Shown piece after piece: positions 57,518 to 64,000 of a DNA stretch of 64,000 nucleotides; position 1 is the first letter of the stretch; every line of letters begins with the position of its first letter. Source of the stretch: Candidatus Eiseniibacteriota bacterium (GTDB lineage: Bacteria > Eisenbacteria > RBG-16-71-46 > JABDJR01); assembly GCA_963783375.1 (NCBI GenBank), contig CAWANH010000029.1, positions 1-64,000 of the forward strand, written 5' to 3'. Both the position numbers and the translations under genes were made by a program. Under the pieces are notes generated by a model, which saw only the letters and a list, made by a program, of their open reading frames with translations, ran no database searches and was not told the origin of the DNA.

Positions 57518-58150
57518 ATGTTCGAGTTGTTCACCCGGGGCGGGCTGGTGATGTACGCCATCCTGCTCTGCTCCATCGCTTCCCTGGCCATCATCCTGGA
57601 GAAGCTCTTCCTGCTTCGGGCCACCAAGCAGCGGATGGACGCCTTCCAGGCCCGCATTCAGGGCATCCTCAAGTACGGGCACCTGGACGAGGTCGAGCGC
57701 CGGGCCCGCGAACAGCCGAATCCCCTGGCCCGGATCTTCATCGCCGGGCTGGAGAAGCTCGGTCAGGGCGAAAACCGCATCAAGGAGGCCATCCAGTACG
57801 CGGGAGAGAAGGAGGCGCGCCGCCTCCGGTCCCACGTGGCCGGGCTGGCCACCATCGTGGCCGGGGCGCCGCTCCTCGGTTTCCTGGGCACCGTTCTGGG
57901 AATGATCGAGGCCTTCCGGCAGATCGAGATGCTGGGCGGCAACGTCAACGCCTCGGTCCTGGCCGGGGGCATCTGGCAGGCCCTGCTCACCACCGCCGCC
58001 GGGCTCACCGTGGCCGTGCCCACCCTCTTCGCCCATAACTGGATCGTGAGCCGCATCCGCGCCATGGTGGAGGAGCTCGAGGAGGCGTCGCAGACGCTGC
58101 TCGATTCCCTGCATCCCGCCGCGGACGATCCGAAACGGGGGGCGGAGTAG
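57518..58150 (+). CDS. exbB: MotA/TolQ/ExbB proton channel
   Basis: GGLVM; APLLGFLGTVLGMI; GIWQALLTTAAGL. Confidence 0.9.
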   Translation: MFELFTRGGLVMYAILLCSIASLAIILEKLFLLRATKQRMDAFQARIQGILKYGHLDEVERRAREQPNPLARIFIAGLEKLGQGENRIKEAIQYAGEKEARRLRSHVAGLATIVAGAPLLGFLGTVLGMIEAFRQIEMLGGNVNASVLAGGIWQALLTTAAGLTVAVPTLFAHNWIVSRIRAMVEELEEASQTLLDSLHPAADDPKRGAE

Positions 58151-58566
58151 TGTTCCACTTCGAGGATCAGGATCAGACCATCGGCGGCATGGAGACCGCG
58201 GCCTTCGCCGACATCATTTTCCTGCTTCTCATCTTCTTTCTTCTGTCGTCTTCGTTTATATTGCCAACAGGGATTCCCGTGAACCCGCCGAAGTCGGACA
58301 CCGCGGTGACCGCCAAGGAGCAACCGATCGTGGTGACGATCACCCGCTCCGGCGACGCCTACGTGGACGAGGACAAGGTACCGTTCGCGGATCTGGCCAC
58401 CACCCTCGGGGCGCGGCTCTCGAGCGCGCCGATCAAGTCGGTGGTGGTGCGGGGCGACAAGGCGGTGAGCCTGGGCCGGCTGGTGGAGGTGCTGGACATG
58501 GCCCGCAGCGCCGGCGCGGAAAAGCTGGCCATCGCCACCGAGCAGAAGAACTCCCGCCGTCCGTGA
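58150..58566 (+). CDS. exbD: ExbD/TolR biopolymer transport protein
   Basis: ADIIFLLLIFFL; VVVRGDK; VLDMARSAG. Confidence 0.9.
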   Translation: MFHFEDQDQTIGGMETAAFADIIFLLLIFFLLSSSFILPTGIPVNPPKSDTAVTAKEQPIVVTITRSGDAYVDEDKVPFADLATTLGARLSSAPIKSVVVRGDKAVSLGRLVEVLDMARSAGAEKLAIATEQKNSRRP

Positions 58567-58657
58567 CCGGGCGCAGGTCCCCGGTCTCCGGCCGCGGTCG
58601 GATGGGGCCGTTCGACGGGCCGCCCAGGCGGGGCGCCAGGAGGCTGAGAACGTAACG

Positions 58658-59743
58658 ATGGCTGGAGCAACCACGACCCGTTCCTGGGGAGAGCTGGCGT
58701 TTCTCGAGATGCCGGTGCCCGCGGTGGTGCTCGACGCCAAGCGGCGCGTCCTCGCGGCCAATCCTCCCGCCTGCGCCGTGTTGCGGGCCACCATCGACGA
58801 ACTCAGGGGTCGCGATCTCACCGAGGTGATCAAGAGCGACGACCCCACGTGGTGGAGCACCGACCCGGTGGACCGGCTCGGCTCGCCCTCGATCGGGCGG
58901 CGGCTCCGGGCCCGGATCAAGGGCCGGCGGCGCCTGCTCAAGGTCGGGGTGTATCCCCTCCGCGACGGCGAGGAGGAGGTCGGGGCCCTGGTCACCGTGC
59001 GCGACGCCCGGACCGCGGATCGCGATCCCCACGAGGAGAACGACCACCTCGCTTCCCTGGGTGAGCTCTCGGCCTGCGTGGCCCACGAGATCCGGAACCC
59101 CCTGACCGGCGTCCGCACCACCGTCCAGTTCGTGGATTCCAAGCTCGAACGCGACGATCCCCGGCACGAGGACCTGGAGGAGGTGATCAAGGAGCTGGAT
59201 CGGATCGAGCAGATCATCGGCGATCTCCTGCTCTTCGCCCGTCCCGCCGAGGGGCACAAGGCACTGAGCGATCTCAACGGTCTGGTGGGCCGGGTCCTCG
59301 ACTCCATGGAGGCCCAGTTCGCCGAGGCCGAGGTCGAGGTGAAGCGGAACCTCTCCGCCGACCTGCCCGAGTTCGTGTTCAGCCCCGACAACCTGCAGCA
59401 GGTGCTTCTGAACCTGATCCGGAACGCCCTGGAATCCATGCCCGAGGGGGGGCGGCTCCGGGTAACCACCACCGTGCGCCGCTTCCGGTCCGGCCGGCCC
59501 CCGGCGGCGGAGATTTTCGTGAGCGACACCGGACACGGGATTCCCGAGGATCTCCTGGATGAGATCTTCAAACCCTTCTTCACCACCCGGCACAACGGCA
59601 CCGGGTTGGGGCTTCCCATCTCCGCCAGCATCGTCCGGGGCCACTCGGGACGCATCACCGCCCGGAACCGGCGGCCGGGGGGGGCGACGTTCCGGGTGTC
59701 GCTTCCCCTTCCCCCGCTCCCCGAGGAACCGGCCCGGCCGTGA
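58658..59743 (+). CDS. PAS-domain sensor histidine kinase
   Basis: VAHEIRNPL; NLIRNA; DTGHGI; PFFTT; GTGLGL. No TM segment. Confidence 0.93.
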   Translation: MAGATTTRSWGELAFLEMPVPAVVLDAKRRVLAANPPACAVLRATIDELRGRDLTEVIKSDDPTWWSTDPVDRLGSPSIGRRLRARIKGRRRLLKVGVYPLRDGEEEVGALVTVRDARTADRDPHEENDHLASLGELSACVAHEIRNPLTGVRTTVQFVDSKLERDDPRHEDLEEVIKELDRIEQIIGDLLLFARPAEGHKALSDLNGLVGRVLDSMEAQFAEAEVEVKRNLSADLPEFVFSPDNLQQVLLNLIRNALESMPEGGRLRVTTTVRRFRSGRPPAAEIFVSDTGHGIPEDLLDEIFKPFFTTRHNGTGLGLPISASIVRGHSGRITARNRRPGGATFRVSLPLPPLPEEPARP

Positions 59744-61155
59744 TACCGACCGTTCTCATCATCGACGACGAGCCCTCGGTGGGGCGTTCCCTGACCCGGG
59801 TGCTGACCGACCGGGGCTGGCGGGTTTCGGTGACCCATGCCGCGGCCGAAGGGCTGATACGGGCCCAGGCCGAGCGCCCCCAGGTGGTTCTCCTGGATCA
59901 TCACCTCCCGGACGCGGACGGTCCCGACGTGCTTTCCTCGCTCCTGGAGCTGGACCCGCGGGTTCGGGTGATCGTGATCACCGCCTTCGGGGACACCTCC
60001 CTGGCGGTTCGCTTCATCAAGGCCGGGGCCTTCGATTTCCTGACCAAGCCCTACGAGATGGAGCAGCTCGTGCATGCGGTGGAAGCCGCCCGCCGGGATT
60101 CCGACGCCCAGCTCCGGCTCTCCCTCTACCACCTGCGGGAGACCCGATCGGGCTCGGTGACCCGGATGGTGGGGGAGAGCTCGGCCATCCTCGAGGTGCT
60201 CTCGATCGTGGAGAAGGTAGCCCGCTCGGACGCCACCAGCGTTCTCCTGAGCGGGGAGAGCGGCACGGGGAAGGAGCTGGCGGCCCGGGCCGTCCACGAG
60301 CTGAGCGACCGGGCCGGGGCCCCGTTCATGGACCTCAACTGCTCCACCTTCTCCGAAACCCTGCTCGAGAACGAGCTGTTCGGACACGAGAAGGGGGCCT
60401 ACACCGATGCCCGGGAGACCAAGCTCGGGCTGGTCGAGCTCACCGACGGGGGGACCCTCTTCCTGGACGAGGTGGCGGACATGCCGCTCATGACCCAGGG
60501 AAAGCTCCTCCGGTTTCTCGATTCCCGCCAGTTCAAGCGGGTGGGTGGAACCCGGGACCTGGACGTGGACATCCGCATCGTGGCCGCCAGCAACAAGGAC
60601 ATCCCCACGGCGATCGAGGCCGGGACCTTTCGCGAGGATCTCTACTACCGGCTCAAGGTGGTCTCCATCCACCTTCCTCCGCTTCGCGAGCGGGGAGAGG
60701 ACGTCCTGCTCCTCGCCACCCACTTCCTGGAGCAGTACGGCCGGAAGTTCAACCGCCGCTTCGACGGGCTGAGTCCCGAGGCGGCGGAGGCGTTGGCAAA
60801 CTACGCCTGGCCGGGGAACGTGCGCGAGCTCAAGAACGTGATCGAGCGGGCGGTACTCCTGGAGGACGGTCCGGTGTTGAAGGTCGAGCACCTCCCGCGG
60901 GAACTGGCCCGCGAGGAACATGGACTCCGTTTCCCCGAGGGCGCGGTCCCCACCCTGCAGGACGTGGAGGATCAGCACGTGCTTCGGGTGCTCGAGCACA
61001 CCGGCCGCAACAAGTCCCAGGCCGCCCGCCTCCTGGGGATCTCCCGCCAGAGTCTCCTCGACCGACTGAAGCGCCTCGATGACCGGACGGAGGGCTCCGT
61101 TTCCGGCGACTACCCGCCCGCGTCACCCTCCCTGGACGCCCCCTCCCGGCCATAG
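59740..61155 (+). CDS. Sigma-54-dependent response regulator (NtrC/AtoC family)
   Basis: REC domain; GESGTGKE; ELFGHEKGAYTDA; LFLDEV; FREDLYYRL; WPGNVREL; Fis-type HTH. Confidence 0.95.
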   Translation: MIPTVLIIDDEPSVGRSLTRVLTDRGWRVSVTHAAAEGLIRAQAERPQVVLLDHHLPDADGPDVLSSLLELDPRVRVIVITAFGDTSLAVRFIKAGAFDFLTKPYEMEQLVHAVEAARRDSDAQLRLSLYHLRETRSGSVTRMVGESSAILEVLSIVEKVARSDATSVLLSGESGTGKELAARAVHELSDRAGAPFMDLNCSTFSETLLENELFGHEKGAYTDARETKLGLVELTDGGTLFLDEVADMPLMTQGKLLRFLDSRQFKRVGGTRDLDVDIRIVAASNKDIPTAIEAGTFREDLYYRLKVVSIHLPPLRERGEDVLLLATHFLEQYGRKFNRRFDGLSPEAAEALANYAWPGNVRELKNVIERAVLLEDGPVLKVEHLPRELAREEHGLRFPEGAVPTLQDVEDQHVLRVLEHTGRNKSQAARLLGISRQSLLDRLKRLDDRTEGSVSGDYPPASPSLDAPSRP

Positions 61156-61467
61156 CGCCGGCTTTTCGACGTTTATTTTGGCGAATATGGCGGTTGCCCC
61201 CGGAATGTCCACGTCGTTGCCGGCCGCGTGCTGTCCAGAACCTTGGCGGTGCCCAAAATCTGTACAGTCTTTGCCGATATGCCGCGCGCACGACTTAACG
61301 CATAACAGCACAATGGATTACACGTTTCGGACTCGGGTAGGAATCCTGTAACTATCCAAGTAATGGACACTTGCGAGGGGTGGGAATCCCCGTTTCCGAG
61401 ACGAAATGTCAAGTCATTATGGCTTAACGTGATGCAGCATAGTGTGTTATGTGTGTTTCGGTGTTGA

Positions 61468-61483
61468 TGGCACGAATAATGCT
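61468..61483 (+). promoter_or_regulatory. Sigma-54 (-24/-12) promoter
   Basis: TGGCACG-AATA-ATGCT with exact GG-N10-GC spacing, followed by a GGAGG SD and GTG start at 61518. Confidence 0.75.
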
Positions 61484-61517
61484 TTATGTCTTACCGTCGG
61501 AGGACTGGGGGTTTGTT

Positions 61518-61952
61518 GTGGCGAAGACGGTTCTGATCGTCGAGGACGAGCGGCTCTTGGCCCGGACGCTTGCCACCGCCTTGAAGGAAGTCGGATACGA
61601 CGCCGTCGTGACGAATTCCATGGATCAAGCGGAGGAGAAGTGGTTCGGAGAGTGTTCGTTCGATCTCGTCATCCTGGACAACCGTTTGCCGAAGGGAACC
61701 GGACTGGGCCTGCTCCAGTCGGCCCGGGAGCATGGGCGTGAGTCGAAGATCATCTTCATGACCGCGTTCGGCAACCGGGAGATTCGGTCGGAGGCCCGCC
61801 GGCTCCAGGTGGACAAGTACGTCCGCAAACCGTTCGACCTCGACAAGATGATCCGAAGCGTGACCGAGCTCATCGGGAGTCCCAATAACGGGGCGTCGGT
61901 GAATCCCCAAAAGGAGGGGGTGAGTAAGCATGGCGAAGAAGAAGGCGACTAA
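61518..61952 (+). CDS. Single-domain response regulator (receiver)
   Basis: VLIVEDE; VILDNRLP; MTAF; VRKPFD. Confidence 0.88.
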   Translation: MAKTVLIVEDERLLARTLATALKEVGYDAVVTNSMDQAEEKWFGECSFDLVILDNRLPKGTGLGLLQSAREHGRESKIIFMTAFGNREIRSEARRLQVDKYVRKPFDLDKMIRSVTELIGSPNNGASVNPQKEGVSKHGEEEGD

Positions 61953-62292
61953 GAAGAAGACCGCGAAGCGGAAGACCGCCAAGAAGAAGACCGCCAAGCG
62001 CAAGACCAAGAAGAAGGCGGCCAAGAAGAAGACCGCCAAGCGCAAGACCAAGAAGAAGGCCGCCAAGAAGAAGACCGCGAAGCGGAAGACCAAGAAGAAG
62101 GCCGCCAAGCGCAAGACCAAGAAGAAGGCCGGCAAGAAGAAGACCGCGAAGCGGAAGACCAAGAAGAAGGCCGCCAAGAAGAAGACCGCGAAGCGGAAGA
62201 CCAAGAAGAAGGCCGCCAAGCGCAAGACCAAGAAGAAGGCCTCCAAGCGCAAGACCAGCAAGTCCGCGTCGAGCCGCATGGTCAAGATGTAG
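61930..62292 (+). CDS. Histone H1-like Lys/Ala/Thr-rich basic protein
   Basis: AAGGAGG upstream; MAKKKA followed by repeated [14 protein letters not shown] units; stem-loop terminator downstream. Confidence 0.85.
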   Translation: MAKKKATKKKTAKRKTAKKKTAKRKTKKKAAKKKTAKRKTKKKAAKKKTAKRKTKKKAAKRKTKKKAGKKKTAKRKTKKKAAKKKTAKRKTKKKAAKRKTKKKASKRKTSKSASSRMVKM

Positions 62293-62340
62293 CTTCGACA
62301 AAGGCTGCGATCCCACGCTCAGCCGAGGGATCGAGGTCGA

Positions 62341-62389
62341 GAGGGGTCGGACCGGGATGTGTTTCCGGGCCGGCCCCTTCTGTTTTTTT
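62341..62389 (+). terminator. Rho-independent terminator
   Basis: GAGGGGTCGGACCGGGA...TTCCGGGCCGGCCCCTT stem followed by TGTTTTTTT. Confidence 0.7.
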
Positions 62390-62405
62390 CGCTACAATCC
62401 TCTCC

Positions 62406-64000
62406 ATGTCCGAGCGCCCGCCCAGAGCCGACGCCCCCAGAACGGTCATTCGGGTCCGGGGCGCCCGCCAGAACAACCTCAAGAACATCGACGTCAGCCT
62501 CCCCCGGCGCGCCCTCACCGTGGTGACCGGGGTGAGCGGCTCGGGGAAATCGAGCCTGGCCATGGACACCCTCTACGCCGAGGGGCAACGCCGCTACCTC
62601 GAGGGGGTTTCCGCCCACGCGCGACGTTTCCTGGAGCGGCTTCCCCGGCCCGAGGTCGACCGGGTGGAGGGACTTTCCCCCGCGGTGTCCCTGGGCCAAC
62701 GCTCCGGGGTCCGAAGCGCCCGATCCACCGTGGGCACCAGCACCGAGATCCACGACTATCTCCGGCTTCTCTTCGCCCGCGCCGGCCGGGTCATCTGCGA
62801 CCGGTGCGGGACGGAGGTATCCCGGTGGACGGTGGAGGGAGTGGTGGAGGCGTGGTCGGGGGACCCGGAGCGCGGCCGGCGTCTCCTGATCTCGTTTCCG
62901 TACCCACGGGATGCCGGCGATCCCCGGGCGCTTCGCCGGGCGCTCATGGCCCGAGGCTATCTCCGGGCGGTGGTGGCGGGTGTAGCGGTGGACCTGGCTG
63001 AGGCCCCCGACCGGGCGGCGGAGTGGGACATTCTCCAGGACCGGGTTCGGGAGGGACGGCGGGGGCGACTCGCCGAGGCTCTGGGCGCGGCCTTCGCCCA
63101 GGGCCGGGGGCGGGCCACGGTGCACGCCGACGGGGAGCCGGCGGCGCGATACCGGTTGGGGCGGGTGTGCGCGGGCTGCGGCGGGAGCTATCCCGACCCC
63201 CATCCCCTCCATTTCTCCTTCAACAGCCCGGTCGGGGCCTGCCCGGCCTGCCAGGGGTTCGGCTACATCCTGGAGTTCGATCCGGAGAAGATCGTCCCCG
63301 ATGCGGGTCGCACCCTCGACGAAGGCGCGGTGGTGCCGTGGGCGGGGCGCTGGAGGAGCTGGGCCCTGAAGAAACTCGCCGCCTCCCCCCGGGCCCGGTC
63401 GATCCCCCGCGACCTCCCGTTCCGGGAGCTCGCGGAGGAGGACCGGGGCTTCCTGTTCGCCGGTGACCGCACCTTTCCCGGGGTCATGCGTTTCCTGGAA
63501 AGGCTTTCCCGGAAGGGCTACAAGGCGGGGGCGCGCTTTCTGGTCAAGCGGTACCAGAGTCCCCGCCTCTGCCCGGACTGTGGCGGAAGCCGGCTCCGGG
63601 CCGAGGGACGGCGGGTGCGGGTGGGGGGAAAGAGCCTCCCGGAATGGTCCGAGCTGCCCGTGGCCGATCTGGCGCCGTTCCTCGAAGGGCTCGACCCGAC
63701 CCCGCGGGAACGGGAGACGGTGCGCGCGCTCCTCGGTGACCTCGTTCATCGCCTCGGGGTCCTGGACCGGGTCGGACTGGGATACCTAACCCTGAGCCGG
63801 CTCACCCGAACCCTCTCCGGCGGCGAGGCCCAGCGGATCGAGCTGGCTCAGGCCCTGGGGGCGAGCCTGGTGGATGCGCTGTACGTTCTCGACGAGCCCA
63901 CGGTGGGTCTCCATCCCCGCGACACCGGCCGCCTCCTGGAGGTGCTCCGGGATCTCACCGGTCAGGGAAACACCGTGGTGGTGGTGGAGCACGATCGCGA
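62406..64000 (+). CDS. uvrA: Excinuclease ABC subunit A (5' part, runs off the window)
   Basis: [11 protein letters not shown]; [12 protein letters not shown]; AEGQRRY; [13 protein letters not shown]; [10 protein letters not shown]; LDEPTVGLH, all in one frame. Confidence 0.95.
   Translation, partial: MSERPPRADAPRTVIRVRGARQNNLKNIDVSLPRRALTVVTGVSGSGKSSLAMDTLYAEGQRRYLEGVSAHARRFLERLPRPEVDRVEGLSPAVSLGQRSGVRSARSTVGTSTEIHDYLRLLFARAGRVICDRCGTEVSRWTVEGVVEAWSGDPERGRRLLISFPYPRDAGDPRALRRALMARGYLRAVVAGVAVDLAEAPDRAAEWDILQDRVREGRRGRLAEALGAAFAQGRGRATVHADGEPAARYRLGRVCAGCGGSYPDPHPLHFSFNSPVGACPACQGFGYILEFDPEKIVPDAGRTLDEGAVVPWAGRWRSWALKKLAASPRARSIPRDLPFRELAEEDRGFLFAGDRTFPGVMRFLERLSRKGYKAGARFLVKRYQSPRLCPDCGGSRLRAEGRRVRVGGKSLPEWSELPVADLAPFLEGLDPTPRERETVRALLGDLVHRLGVLDRVGLGYLTLSRLTRTLSGGEAQRIELAQALGASLVDALYVLDEPTVGLHPRDTGRLLEVLRDLTGQGNTVVVVEHDR

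Noticed and set aside
54501-57551. 1016-aa Arg/Gly/Pro-rich ORF
   Set aside because: Alternative frame of the TPR-barrel gene.
57763-60999. 1078-aa minus-strand ORF
   Set aside because: Antisense shadow of exbBD, the kinase and the bEBP.
61491-62316. Hydrophobic repetitive 'membrane protein' ORFs on the minus strand
   Set aside because: Reverse complement of the AAG-rich histone-like gene.

Overview
A GC-rich bacterial window. Its many secreted proteins end in FlgD-like Ig domains or in a 'TWGxxKxxY' tail, which suggests an FCB-group candidate phylum such as Ca. Eisenbacteria/Krumholzibacteriota (inference). Layout: (i) 1-7.7 kb, a visibly lower-GC accessory cluster of secreted proteins and peptidases with a rearrangement scar; (ii) an amidohydrolase and a GMC oxidoreductase-epimerase-GT2-DUF2304 glycosylation module; (iii) ETF-quinone oxidoreductase, aldehyde dehydrogenase, a large HNH protein and a secreted 7-heme cytochrome c with a FlgD-type C-terminal domain; (iv) a DsbA/FrnE-type selenoprotein (UxxC plus SECIS hairpin) missed by the ORF track, downstream of a YdeP-like/fdhD pair; (v) metabolic genes, an S8 protease, an RsbU-type phosphatase and a patch of gene fragments at 40-42.6 kb; (vi) folB-folK-dNK-panB-panC-short glmU-HIT-LytR_C, ppiD-like, two CNNM/CorC genes, a TPR-beta-barrel fusion with exbB/exbD, a two-component sigma-54 system, then a sigma-54 promoter, a receiver protein and a histone-H1-like protein; (vii) the 5' part of uvrA. 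There are several intergenic tandem repeats. No rRNA, tRNA, CRISPR array, transposase or integrase was recognised. Two frameshifts fall in identical G7 runs and are probably sequencing errors.
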